The notes beneath the pieces were generated by a model that saw only the letters and a program-made list of their open reading frames with translations, was not told where the DNA came from and did no database searches. Positions 45,053-55,650 of a stretch of DNA of 64,000 bases are shown here, piece by piece. A program made the position numbers and the translations under genes. Source of the DNA: Wickerhamiella versatilis (lineage: Eukaryota); the NCBI GenBank assembly GCA_030867685.1, contig JAQOWU010000008.1:868001-932000 (forward strand). The letters run 5' to 3'. Positions within the stretch are counted from its first letter, which is position 1, and each line of letters begins with the position of its first letter.

Positions 45053-45368
45053 TCGCTTACACAATAGAGTTCATTGAACCCCCCAAACTACTTCATCTGC
45101 TATGGGCTATATTGTTATGATGATAATTCTAGAAACACAATGCTGGATAGATGTCACCCTCCGCTGCCCATTTATGGCCCAAAGTTTATATTTTTAAGAG
45201 TGCCGAGAAAAAGCAAACATTATAGAAAAAGATATTCAGTGTGACGACGGAGAAAACTTTCTATATCTCTAATTATTATGCTGAGAAATTATTCTTTTAA
45301 AAATTTACAACGCCAGAATTGGTTGTTTATAGATAACTAGGCTGCAGAGTTTATAGCACATTACAAGA

Positions 45369-46883
45369 ATGAATCTGTTGCTGACACACACCTTTCACAG
45401 TATGGAGCCAGAAACCATTCTAAAGGCCTTGGACAAGTCGCCAGGCCCTATCAGTACCGCCGAGTACTTTCCTGATGTTTCTGCTGGGGCAGTACAAGCT
45501 GCTGTGAGTGCACTTCTAAGTAGAGATATGATCGTAGCCAAGCAGATCGAAAAGGAAGTTTGGATTCCCACAGAAGAAGGCGCAGAGATCGCTAAACATG
45601 GCAGTCATGAAATGCGCCTATATCAGGAGGTGCTCAAGTCTGTCGATGGCCTTGCCATTTCTGAAGTCCCGAAACTGTTCGGAGTGTCAGGAAAGCTGGG
45701 TCAACAGCGGGCCTTTAAAAATGGCTGGGTGCGCAACCAAGAAGCTAAACTGGTCCCTGCAACACCTTCTGTGGACAAGGATCCGACACAGGAGGAGCTT
45801 AAAACCATTATTGCAGGTCAAGGTGAGACCCTCGGTCCAAAGGTGCTTAACGAGTTGAAAAAGCGAAGACTCATAAGCAAGGTCAAAAAGTTCTGGTTTG
45901 AGGTATCTAAGGGATCTCAGTTCGCACTCACTATCAAGAAACTGGACACCGATCTAACCATAGATATGCTCCAGTCAGGGTCCTGGAAGACTGCGCAGTT
46001 CAAACCATATAACTTTAATGCGGAGGGTGCTAAGATTGAAGCAGGTGCCTTGCATCCTTTGAATAAGGTGCGGGAAGAATTCCGCCATATTTTCTTCAAT
46101 ATGGGATTCACAGAAATGTCGACTGTTCCTTTCGTGGAAACAGGCTTTTGGAATTTCGATGCCCTCTTCGTACCGCAGCAGCATCCTGCTCGAGATCTCC
46201 AAGATACGTTTTATATCAAGAATCCTGCGCAAGGGCGTCTTCCTGATGATCTCAAGTACTTTGAGCATGTGCGTAATGTCCATCAAGACGGTGAATTCGG
46301 CTCTATAGGTTATCGCTATCCCTGGAAGGAGGCTGATGCGACACGTTTAGTGCTGCGTACACACACTACGGCTACCTCTGCTCGCATTTTGCATGATTTA
46401 GCCAAGTCTGGCCCACGTCCAGCTCGCTACTTCAGTATTGACAGAGTTTTCCGTAATGAGGCCGTCGATGCTACCCATCTTGCAGAGTTCCACCAGATTG
46501 AGGGTGTGGTTGCGGACTTCAACCTAACTCTAGGCGACTTGATTGGATTCATGCAAACATTCTTCTCAAAGATGGGAGTGCATAAGCTGCGCTTCAAGCC
46601 TGCTTATAACCCGTACACCGAACCCAGTCTTGAGATCTTTGGTTACCATAACGATTTACAGAAATGGGTTGAAATTGGTAATTCTGGTTTGTTCCGACCT
46701 GAGATGCTTGAGCCAATGGGTCTCCCGAAAGACCTGAGAGTGATAGGCTTTGGTCTTTCCCTGGAACGGCCAACAATGATTAAATATGGTGTGTCAAATA
46801 TCCGTGAGTTGCTCGGTCACAAGGTCAGTCTTGATTTCATCCAGAATAATCCAGCTGTCCGCTTCGACGAAAGCCTTGTTTGA
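45369..46883 (+). CDS. FRS2: Cytoplasmic phenylalanyl-tRNA synthetase alpha subunit
   Basis: GALHPLNKVR, QQHPARDLQDTF, FRNEAVDATHLAEFHQ, GLSLERPTM. The true start may be ATG 45402. Confidence 0.97.
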   Translation: MNLLLTHTFHSMEPETILKALDKSPGPISTAEYFPDVSAGAVQAAVSALLSRDMIVAKQIEKEVWIPTEEGAEIAKHGSHEMRLYQEVLKSVDGLAISEVPKLFGVSGKLGQQRAFKNGWVRNQEAKLVPATPSVDKDPTQEELKTIIAGQGETLGPKVLNELKKRRLISKVKKFWFEVSKGSQFALTIKKLDTDLTIDMLQSGSWKTAQFKPYNFNAEGAKIEAGALHPLNKVREEFRHIFFNMGFTEMSTVPFVETGFWNFDALFVPQQHPARDLQDTFYIKNPAQGRLPDDLKYFEHVRNVHQDGEFGSIGYRYPWKEADATRLVLRTHTTATSARILHDLAKSGPRPARYFSIDRVFRNEAVDATHLAEFHQIEGVVADFNLTLGDLIGFMQTFFSKMGVHKLRFKPAYNPYTEPSLEIFGYHNDLQKWVEIGNSGLFRPEMLEPMGLPKDLRVIGFGLSLERPTMIKYGVSNIRELLGHKVSLDFIQNNPAVRFDESLV

Positions 46884-47716
46884 GTCATGAGTCTCCACGA
46901 TGCATCGTGTTCCAACAATGCTACATAGTTTTGTAAATTTTCGTTCTGTCTTTGCCTTGCTCCCTTTGGTAAATTCTTACAACGAGAGACCGTCGAACTG
47001 AGTGTATGAAGCGCATCATGGATTTTATATAAATTTGCCTAATTACCTCCCCGCTTATTGTTTATCTAGTTGTGCTGCTTAGTATAGTAGAAGAGACCGA
47101 TATCAAATGAAAAATGTTTCTTTTAGTACCTGAAATAATTTGCATAGGGCATTTGTAGAGGTCTTCGAATGTGCAAGGGTAGCGCCGACTGGCTACCAAG
47201 CATAGCGGTGGTTTATAGTTTAGTGTGGGGAGCGTACAGAACCCCTGACACACTCGCAGCAAAAAGATTCAGAGACGTCACATTTAACATGCTATGAGAA
47301 ACCGTGGAGTTTTCTGGTGCCTTATTTTCTGCGAAGGACACAGAAAAAGGCACGAGGTACAAAGCATATACATGCATACCCTTATGATACTAATTGTATC
47401 GTCCTAAATACGGTCTAAAAATGAATATTCCTTCTAACTGATGCAAATAAGCGACTCAGATCAGGCTAAAATATATCATTGGCTATCAAGACGCAGTTGA
47501 GCCATCCTCGAAGCCGGTGACGCAAGGCGCACGTTATCACCCTTACCCTTCATCCGACCTCCGATACCTTTGTTGTACATTTGTTGTACATTTCAGGTAC
47601 CTTTGCAGATATTTTGCTGCCTCTGAGGCTCATAAAATCACACCTCCAATGTTCTAGTATAGTTAGCCCCTTATATCCAACACAGAAAGAGATCCTGTAA
47701 TGCTAATCATATCTGA

Positions 47717-47756
47717 CCAATCAGCGACCGCACCGCGTGAATAGCAACTTGTGGGG
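47717..47756 (+). promoter_or_regulatory. CCAAT box (Hap2/3/4/5) and Mig1-like GC box upstream of MDH1
   Basis: CCAATCA at 47717-23 and GTGGGG at 47751-56, as expected for a respiratory gene. Confidence 0.45.
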
Positions 47757-47919
47757 TAATTCTGAACAAAAGGGTCTCTTATCGTGTAGTATTATTGCAG
47801 TAAACAACCAATATCCATTATGCTATATGTACGACATGTTGTGTGTGCATTGAGATTATTCCAGGCTCAGCTTTAAATTTCGTCGGGGTGATCGATTTGT
47901 AACTCTCACATCCAACATC

Positions 47920-48936
47920 ATGTTTGCTGCCAACATTGTTCGTGCTCAAGCCACTCGTGCCTTCTCCTCCTCAGCTGCTGCTGCCTCGAAAGTCGCAGTT
48001 CTCGGAGCAGCTGGTGGTATTGGACAGCCACTGAGTTTGTTGCTCAAGCAGAACACCGACGTCTCCGAGCTCTCGCTTTACGATCTTAAGGCCACTCCTG
48101 GTGTCGCAGCTGATATTTCGCATATCAACACCCGCTCTGTCGTTAAGGGATTCACCCCTGAGCAGGGTGGGCTCGATAGCGCACTTGATGGTACCGACAT
48201 CGTCGTCATCCCCGCTGGTGTCCCGCGTAAGCCTGGCATGACTCGTGATGACCTTTTCAACACCAATGCCTCGATCGTTCGCGATCTTGCTAAGGCAGTA
48301 GGCCAGATCAGCCCCAAGGCCCTCATCGCCGTCATCTCAAACCCAGTCAACTCGACGGTGCCCATTGTAGCAGAGGTCCTCAAGAACCTTGGCACTTACG
48401 ACCCAGGCCGCGTTTTCGGTGTAACCACTCTTGATGCCGTACGTGCTTCCCGCTTCGTCTCTCAGCTCAAGGGAACCGACCCTATCAATGAGAACATCAC
48501 TGTCGTTGGTGGTCACTCTGGCCACACCATTGTCCCATTGATCAGCCAGAGCAACCACCCTGATATCAGCGGTGAGGCATACGATCAGTTGATCCACCGC
48601 ATCCAGTTCGGTGGTGACGAAGTTGTCAAGGCCAAGGATGGTGCTGGTTCTGCCACTTTGTCTATGGCATTCGCTGGTGCCCGCTTCACCTCTGCACTCC
48701 TTAAGGGATTGAAGGGTGAGCCCGCAGTCGAGGGTGCATTCGTCGAGAACCCCATCTTCAAGAGCGAGGGCATTGACTTCTTCTCAACCCCCGTCACTTT
48801 CGGCAAGAACGGTGTGGAGAAGATTCACGATCTTGGTAAGATCACTCCTGGTGAAGAGAAGCTCGTCGAGATTGCCAAGGCTGACCTGAAGAAGAATATC
48901 GCGAAGGGTGTCACATTCATCCAGCAGAACCCTTAA
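47920..48936 (+). CDS. MDH1: Mitochondrial malate dehydrogenase
   Basis: Presequence, [37 protein letters not shown]; strong codon bias. Confidence 0.97.
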   Translation: MFAANIVRAQATRAFSSSAAAASKVAVLGAAGGIGQPLSLLLKQNTDVSELSLYDLKATPGVAADISHINTRSVVKGFTPEQGGLDSALDGTDIVVIPAGVPRKPGMTRDDLFNTNASIVRDLAKAVGQISPKALIAVISNPVNSTVPIVAEVLKNLGTYDPGRVFGVTTLDAVRASRFVSQLKGTDPINENITVVGGHSGHTIVPLISQSNHPDISGEAYDQLIHRIQFGGDEVVKAKDGAGSATLSMAFAGARFTSALLKGLKGEPAVEGAFVENPIFKSEGIDFFSTPVTFGKNGVEKIHDLGKITPGEEKLVEIAKADLKKNIAKGVTFIQQNP

Positions 48937-50069
48937 GCAGTTAAAATACTAGCTAGTAATAGAGTATAAAACTGGATCAGTATATTTAGTCCCCAGGTCA
49001 CGCAGGAGAAACATGAAACGAGTTATTTCACAACTACGTTTCCTATTAGTCGATGTTTTAGTTTATTAGTTGACACTTCCGAAACAGTGTCGTTCACGGA
49101 ATTTCAGGGGCTGAAACATTTGCCGGAATTTTCCGGATATTGCATTTTGACGCAACAGGCCAAGTCGAATGAACTTTGTTCTTCTTCTCTAGATGATTAG
49201 GTTACCGGATCTATCCCCGAACCGAAAGAAAATCCGATAACCAAATGAGATATGCAGATCCGGGGGATTTTTTCGTGTTTCTATTTTTTTTCTTTGTTTT
49301 TCCATGTATGCAATGACATATATGCTCTTAAGTCTAGGGTACCTGAATACCAGGTAATTTGAATAAAATTTTTAAGAAACTTGAATTAATTTATCAAAAT
49401 GCCCGGGGTGTCTTGGAGACACGCCGCTCAGCCCTCATATAACCCTAGTCCATATATTGCGGTAAGACGCGATAGACGATCTGAAATCACAGCTCATACA
49501 TCCAGATTTCGCGTGTGTTAATTTGAATAAGTCTTTGAATTTATCTTAAGATTCGTCTTTTAATCTCTTCTTCACATCACTGGCGTTTCTAGCTCCAGTC
49601 CCACGTAGAAAGCCGAATTTGAATATCTTTACCCTAACCTCATTATAAGAAATCCTGTTGCACGGGTAACAAATTGTATATTGGCACTCCCAAGGTACCT
49701 AATTGTACGTAATACGAAAAGCGAGCCTGACGCGGGCTGTTTACGTGTATGTCGGGCACGCCATATTAATTCAGATTGCTATTCTAGTTTAAACTCTGTT
49801 GAAAAGAGATTGGTTGCTACTTGCGTCTCACCAGGTCTCGTGTCGCCCAGTCATGCGACGCGTGGGGACCAGTAATCCGCTGAGTAACACGCGACGCGTG
49901 GATGCCCCAGCGACAGAGATGCGCGTAGTACTCGTCCTGAGTCATCAGTTTTTTGCGATTACCCTAGGGTAAATAAGAACAGTGATCCCCCTTCAAGAGA
50001 TACACCTCCGTTGATCTCAAGGAAGCATCGAGTTGAAGTTATTATCTTTTTTTACTGTCTCTACGTACG

Positions 50070-51170
50070 ATGGCTACCATTTCTCCTTTGCAACTCCGTC
50101 GCTCCGTGTCGTTGCCAATAACCAACATGGAGCAATCTCACCCGGAATATCAACGCTACGAGCACGGCTCTAGGAGTGACAAGCATGAGTTGTCTATGCC
50201 ATCCCCAGCAGCGGCCAGCGCCGCAGCACTTGCCCAGAGCTCGGAGACGACCTCTCATGGTTCGTTCATGGAACTGTTCCCTCTGGACAATTATCCTGTG
50301 GATGCAATCCCCCAGCATGAAGCGCTCTCACCTACCGAAGAGGAGGATTATCTCCCTTTTCAGATTGAGTCCGCACCAATGTCCCCCAAACAGACGTCAT
50401 GGGACTTTGACAGCCTGCAAACCCAGCAGCTTCGAACCCCTATGCAACACAAGCGAGCTGGCTCGCTTAGTGTTGATACCCATATTCCTACAGGTGCACA
50501 CTCAGGACTTTACACCCCTCAGTCTGTTTCTAGTGGTACTTGGACAACACCTCTTCGCGGCTTTAGTATAACAGATACCCCTTTGGCCACGCCCCTCGCA
50601 ACTCCAAGCGAAGTGCTGGAGTCTCCATTTGAGACCATTCCTTCTCCTGCTTCATCTGTAATATACCCAACTGCTCCATCTGCCGACATACCTCCCGCTA
50701 ATGTTCCAGAGTCAGGTGTTAATCCTTTTTATTGCCCGCCAGCCTGTATGAGAATGAACGACACCCTGGATGTCTCCAAAATTCGCAAGAAGCGGGTCTC
50801 ACCCCCAATGCCGTCGCGTTCGCGTAGTGAAAGTGTTGTGAGCACGAGATCGGTCTCCGATGATCGCGAGCGGGAGCTCATGTTGAAACCCTTTAAGTGT
50901 GATGAATGCCAGAAGTGCTTTCGCCGTGCGGAACACCTGCGACGCCACTCAAAAGTACACACCCAGGAGCGACCATTTACCTGTCCAATTCAGGGCTGCG
51001 GTCGCAAGTTCTCTCGTAGTGACAACCTTAAGGCGCACACATTGACACACGCCAAAAAGGAAGGGCGAAACCTTTACGTAGAGGGCCTTGAGAATCATAT
51101 CGGGCTGGTCCCGACAATTAAACGCCGAAAAAGCAAGGAGGCTGCAGTTCCTGCGGCCGCTGCGTCCTAA
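50070..51170 (+). CDS. C2H2 zinc-finger transcription factor (Msn2/BrlA-type fingers)
   Basis: CDECQKCFRRAEHLRRH and CPIQGCGRKFSRSDNLKAHTLTH followed by KKEGRNLYV. Confidence 0.9.
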   Translation: MATISPLQLRRSVSLPITNMEQSHPEYQRYEHGSRSDKHELSMPSPAAASAAALAQSSETTSHGSFMELFPLDNYPVDAIPQHEALSPTEEEDYLPFQIESAPMSPKQTSWDFDSLQTQQLRTPMQHKRAGSLSVDTHIPTGAHSGLYTPQSVSSGTWTTPLRGFSITDTPLATPLATPSEVLESPFETIPSPASSVIYPTAPSADIPPANVPESGVNPFYCPPACMRMNDTLDVSKIRKKRVSPPMPSRSRSESVVSTRSVSDDRERELMLKPFKCDECQKCFRRAEHLRRHSKVHTQERPFTCPIQGCGRKFSRSDNLKAHTLTHAKKEGRNLYVEGLENHIGLVPTIKRRKSKEAAVPAAAAS

Positions 51171-51290
51171 TGACATTTTTTACCTTTATCACGTTCATTT
51201 ATTATTACTTTTCTTTTGTTTATTTTTATTTAACTTATTCGTTACTTTTTTTAAAAAAAAACAAGCCATATATCCGTAATATAAGTATGT

Positions 51291-51800
51291 CTAAGGAAGA
51301 ACTTCACGTGCCACGCCTTCACCGCCAAGGGCAGCGCTCTCAATAAAATCCTGGTGGGTGAAGTGGGCCAAGAAGTAGCATGCAGATGTAATAGTCATAA
51401 GAACAGCGCAAGCAATAAGAGATGTCGTACTTATGGCAATCCCAGCATACTGAATTGCGGCGAGGATGAGATAGAACCCAGCCCGGGGGAGGTTCTGATG
51501 GAAAACCCGAATGAATCCGGCGAATTGGTCGGTGATTGGGCAGATCCGCAATAAGAATGGAACCTCTAGGAACAGGATACAGACGCCCTCGACAATACAA
51601 ATTATCGAGAAGATTATAATCAGACTCACGTGCAAGAGATTTATGACTCCTAGCACGATATCGAGGATGAAGCATGCAACTCCAAGCCACTGGCCATATA
51701 CACTCCAGTTACGCGTCTGGAGATCCGTCTTAAATGAGTTCTTGAAGCCCTGCACTAACCTTGCGGGAGCGCTTTCCAACGCCTTGTCCAATAGACCCAT
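51291..51800 (-). CDS. TVP18: Golgi membrane protein Tvp18
   Basis: NWSVYGQWLG, FLEVPFLLRICP, RAGFY. ATG at 51800. Confidence 0.92.
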   Translation of the reverse strand: MGLLDKALESAPARLVQGFKNSFKTDLQTRNWSVYGQWLGVACFILDIVLGVINLLHVSLIIIFSIICIVEGVCILFLEVPFLLRICPITDQFAGFIRVFHQNLPRAGFYLILAAIQYAGIAISTTSLIACAVLMTITSACYFLAHFTHQDFIESAALGGEGVAREVLP

Positions 51801-52124
51801 GGTGATAGTTGAGTATGTAATCACGAGTTCACCAGTCGAGCCGGTTTGGCGCTGACGGTCGGTTCACATTGGCCCTTTGGCATTTGCCAGTTACTATCTG
51901 CCGATTGGGCACGTGGTAACCACGCAAAAAAAGGCGGCCCACCTTCTTCAGGCATCAATAATACTGGAAATCTCATTTACATAAATAAAATACCTCTAAT
52001 AATTGGTGGTCAGCGTAACTTAGTTTTCACCATAATATTGGTATGAAAACGTAGATAAGGGTTATTGTTACTTCCATCATTCCACCGAAAAGCATAGATA
52101 AAGGTAGGCTACATTTTGTCGCCG

Positions 52125-52424
52125 TTACTTATTGAGCTTAGCATTGAGCTCTTTAGCATCAACGTTGCTCACGTCACCGAATTCTTTGATTTGGTCGGGA
52201 TTTTTCGGGATTTGTATTCCCGGGGTGCCATGAGCAGTCTCTTGAGCAGCGTCCTGTGCCTGCAATTTGGCGTTTAGATCTTGCGCATTGACGTTGCGCA
52301 CCTCCCCGAATTCCTTTATATCGCTCGCATTTTGCGGTATTTGAATACCGGGGGCACCTAGGTTGTTATCCTGACGCCCCAGACTTTCGTCTCTTGGCAT
52401 AACGGTTGGCTTAGGATCTGGCAT
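52125..52424 (-). CDS. 99-aa hydrophilic protein with two 30-aa internal repeats
   Basis: PGIQIPQNASDIKEFGEVRNVNAQDLNAKL and PGIQIPKNPDQIKEFGDVSNVDAKELNAKL; repeat conservation at the protein level supports coding. Confidence 0.8.
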   Translation of the reverse strand: MPDPKPTVMPRDESLGRQDNNLGAPGIQIPQNASDIKEFGEVRNVNAQDLNAKLQAQDAAQETAHGTPGIQIPKNPDQIKEFGDVSNVDAKELNAKLNK

Positions 52425-52545
52425 AGCGGGTACGACGATGTGGCGTAGTTAATTGTTAGTAAGTCACCAGCCATAAAACCAAGCCTGTGACGAAACGTTG
52501 CGGTTGGGGTTCCAAGGACCCAGTACGTGGAGTTGGCATTGAACC

Positions 52546-53637
52546 ATGGCGGGCTTAAGTTCGGTCATTCATAAGATAGCAAGCAAGCACGCCGCATCGG
52601 CTAAGAAAAATACATATGTATTTGGTGAAACCTTAGGCGCTGGTGGATTTGGTGTCGTGAGAAGGGCCCATAACAAGCAAACAGGTGAGGACGTTGCTAT
52701 TAAGATAATATCCCGCTCGAAACTCAAGGATAAGACCAAGGAGGATGCAGTAATTGAGGAGCTGGGAATGTTGAGCCGGTTGCACCACCCTCACATAATT
52801 GCTTTCAAGGACTGGTTCGAGGCATCCGACAAATATTACATGGTGACACAATTGGCGACAGGCGGAGAGCTATTTGACCGTATAATCGACTGTGGCCGGT
52901 TCACAGAGGAAGATGCCGCCAGGAATATACGAGATGTTGCCAGTGCTGTCCAATACCTGCATCATATGAACATTGTCCACAGGGACATCAAGCCCGAGAA
53001 TTTACTCTACGTCACCAAAGATCCCGATAGCTCGCTGGTTCTTTGTGACTTTGGCGTTGCGAAGAGTCTGGATTCAGCGAAGGATGTTGTTCAGACCGCA
53101 GCAGGGTCCCTAGGCTACGCGGCACCTGAGGTGTTCCATCCTGAGCAGGGCCACGGCAAGCCATGTGATATTTGGAGCTTGGGCGTCGTGCTTTTCACGA
53201 TCCTATGCGGGTACTCGCCTTTCTTGGCTGAATCTGTCGATGAGTTCATGGACGAGGTCGACCCAGGCTACCGAGTGAGATTCATCCCAAAATACTGGGA
53301 GGGTGTGAGCGAGTCGGCCAAAGATCTCGTCAGTAATATGATTGTCTACGATCCGAAAGAACGATTCACTATCGATGAAGTAATTTTCCATCCCTGGCTA
53401 TCTGGTAAGGCGCCTGACGCCGTTGATCTAATGCCAACAATCAAACCAGGTCTTGCCAGCAGGAGGCGCTGGAGACAGGCATTCGAAAAGATTCGATTGG
53501 TCAAGCAAATATCCCGTCTCCAAATGGATGACGAGGGCAGCGATGAAGAATCTCCAATATCACCGGGCGATCGTTTCAAGACGGTGGTAGAGGTTGCCAA
53601 ACAACTCCAGGAACTGGACTGCAATAATAATACCTGA
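52546..53637 (+). CDS. CMK1: Calcium/calmodulin-dependent protein kinase (Cmk1/2-like)
   Basis: TLGAGGFG, TQLATGGELFDRI, HRDIKPENLL, AGSLGYAAPEV, CaM-binding RRRWRQAFEKIRL. Confidence 0.9.
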   Translation: MAGLSSVIHKIASKHAASAKKNTYVFGETLGAGGFGVVRRAHNKQTGEDVAIKIISRSKLKDKTKEDAVIEELGMLSRLHHPHIIAFKDWFEASDKYYMVTQLATGGELFDRIIDCGRFTEEDAARNIRDVASAVQYLHHMNIVHRDIKPENLLYVTKDPDSSLVLCDFGVAKSLDSAKDVVQTAAGSLGYAAPEVFHPEQGHGKPCDIWSLGVVLFTILCGYSPFLAESVDEFMDEVDPGYRVRFIPKYWEGVSESAKDLVSNMIVYDPKERFTIDEVIFHPWLSGKAPDAVDLMPTIKPGLASRRRWRQAFEKIRLVKQISRLQMDDEGSDEESPISPGDRFKTVVEVAKQLQELDCNNNT

Positions 53638-53688
53638 CTTAGATAGTATACCAGTAAATGGCATGTATTAAGAGGAGAAAAAACGTTA

Positions 53689-54093
53689 TTACGACAGCTG
53701 AGGTCTTGACTTGACATATTTTTGAAGATCCTCTGGAGTTGCTACGCCGAGAACAAATTTTCTATCCGCATCGGTAATGATCGCGAATGGGTGACCTGAC
53801 TTGAAAAATTCCTCCAGCTTTTCGAGAGGTGTGGCTGGGGTTATCGGTATGAATTCCTTCTTTCCCCGGAACCTAAAATAATGTTGTTTTACCAGGTCCT
53901 GAGTCCTAAGGTCTGACTGGAGCTGCTCTGCTGTGAGGTATCCCAACAGCCGTCGCTGATGGCTCAGTACAGGCAGATATGAGAAGTTATGCTCGAATGA
54001 TATGTCTAGTGCACCCTGTAGAGTCGTATCCGGGTAAACACTCAGAGCTGGCAGGAGATCCAGATCCTCAACGACAGCACCCCGATAATCCAT
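53689..54093 (-). CDS. Stand-alone CBS-pair protein
   Basis: YRGAVVEDLDLLPA, FSYLPV, RLLGYL, FVLGVATPEDL. Confidence 0.85.
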   Translation of the reverse strand: MDYRGAVVEDLDLLPALSVYPDTTLQGALDISFEHNFSYLPVLSHQRRLLGYLTAEQLQSDLRTQDLVKQHYFRFRGKKEFIPITPATPLEKLEEFFKSGHPFAIITDADRKFVLGVATPEDLQKYVKSRPQLS

Positions 54094-54186
54094 TCTATCC
54101 TAATTTGACGGCTGAGTCAGCCACCGTTGACTCGAAAGCTATTTAATACGAGACTCTCACTGCCTTCTTGAGGTGTCCACTCACGG

Positions 54187-54534
54187 ATGTCATCGAATTT
54201 TGCAGGCAATGATGGAAAGGTTGCGTTCGTGTCCACCGGATCCGATGTGACGAAAAGAAGGGGTAAGGGAATTGGTTTCTACTGTCCTGCATGTGACCTT
54301 ACGTTCAAAGATAGTATTCAATATGTGGATCACATTCATTCCCGGCAGCATCTAGCTGCTCTGGATCAACCGTTAAAGGTATCCAGAGCTACCCTTGAGG
54401 ACGTCCGTGCGCGGATCAATTTGTTGGCAGCTAGAATTGACAGGCCTTATAACATACACGATGCAATCAAAATTCAAAAACAACGAGAAGCAGAGGAAAA
54501 GCAAAATATATCATCGGAGAATTCTGAAGGATAA
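54187..54534 (+). CDS. SNU23: U4/U6.U5 tri-snRNP zinc-finger protein Snu23/ZMAT2 (short form)
   Basis: GFYCPACDLTFKDSIQYVDHIHSRQH matrin-type finger, RATLEDVRARI. Confidence 0.85.
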   Translation: MSSNFAGNDGKVAFVSTGSDVTKRRGKGIGFYCPACDLTFKDSIQYVDHIHSRQHLAALDQPLKVSRATLEDVRARINLLAARIDRPYNIHDAIKIQKQREAEEKQNISSENSEG

Positions 54535-54789
54535 TCGATTACCTTATTCAAAGTAGGTTGTATTTATGTGGTCAAAATTAGCATCATATAATTAACTATG
54601 GCATCTGAAAAAATAGTGTAGTTCTCTCCAACTGATACCTGACAGAAAGTCTCCAGCAATACGGGTTCTTTTGACGAACAACAAAAAACAAGAGCAAAAA
54701 GATTCAAACAGCACGACAACTGAGTCTTTTATTTCCTAGTATATATATTTACCATATGCTTGAGGCGCCAAGCACCAGCAAATGTAAGA

Positions 54790-55650
54790 TTATTTTGGTT
54801 CAACACCGCGGATAGACAATTCATGCCTGACTTGCGCATATACCTCCTCTGGCTTCTGGTTACAAGAAAGCTTCGCCACCCGGTTTGCAAGAGCGAAGTA
54901 ATTGACGACTGGCATGCTCTGATCGAGGAACACCTTGAACCGCTTACGGATGGAGTCAATATTATCATCAGAACGACCGCTAGTCTGGCCACGTTTGAGG
55001 AGACGCTGCAACATGACCTCCTCAGGACACTCGAAGAATAACGTGAACTGAGATGGGACCACGGTCTCTTCGAAGGTCAGAGCCTGGTCCATTTTACGCG
55101 GGAATCCATCTATGAGAAAATGATGATATCCCTGCGCCATGGCTTCTGACATCGCATTACGGAGGAGTCCAATAGTGACTTCTTGAGGAACGATCTTACC
55201 AGCCTTGATATACTCCTTGATCATTTCGCCGGTGGTGGAACCATCGCGATTCTGCTCTGCCCGCAGCAAATCACCAGCACTCAGATGGACGAACTTGTAG
55301 TCGCGGATGATATTATCGCATTGTGTTCCTTTTCCGGAGCCAGGACCACCAAGAACGAATACAACAAAGGCTTCCTTAGGTGTAAAAGCTCTCTTCGTTC
55401 CTTTATTCTTAATGTTCTCGTACTGCTCCTCGGTCAGCTCATTATTGGGCGCTTTATCAAGGTAACGAGTCGCGAAAGCGAAGGCACCAAAACCACCCAA
55501 AGAGATAAGTACGAGTTTCAATAGAGCACCCTTATGGTTCTCTCCCTTAGGGCCTCCAGTGCTGTATTGCAGCCGTCCCAAAGAGCGCACCGGACGCGCC
55601 GAACGCACCGAACGCAGTGGAGCACGTGCACGAAGAAGTGAGCGAAGCAT
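54790..55650 (-). CDS. URA6: UMP-CMP kinase with an N-terminal mitochondrial presequence and TM anchor
   Basis: VFVLGGPGSGKGTQC, HLSAGDLLRAEQ, LIDGFPRKMDQA, GRSDDNIDSIRKRF; Arg-rich presequence plus hydrophobic segment. Confidence 0.88.
   Translation of the reverse strand: MLRSLLRARAPLRSVRSARPVRSLGRLQYSTGGPKGENHKGALLKLVLISLGGFGAFAFATRYLDKAPNNELTEEQYENIKNKGTKRAFTPKEAFVVFVLGGPGSGKGTQCDNIIRDYKFVHLSAGDLLRAEQNRDGSTTGEMIKEYIKAGKIVPQEVTIGLLRNAMSEAMAQGYHHFLIDGFPRKMDQALTFEETVVPSQFTLFFECPEEVMLQRLLKRGQTSGRSDDNIDSIRKRFKVFLDQSMPVVNYFALANRVAKLSCNQKPEEVYAQVRHELSIRGVEPK

Noticed and set aside
45378-45401. GCTGAC...CAG branch/acceptor-like signal before FRS2 ATG 45402
   Set aside because: No canonical 5' splice donor is visible upstream, so an intron cannot be supported.
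48934-48970. Possible MDH1 stop-codon readthrough to a PTS1
   Set aside because: TAA-G is a tight stop context and the extension ends NRV, which is not a PTS1.
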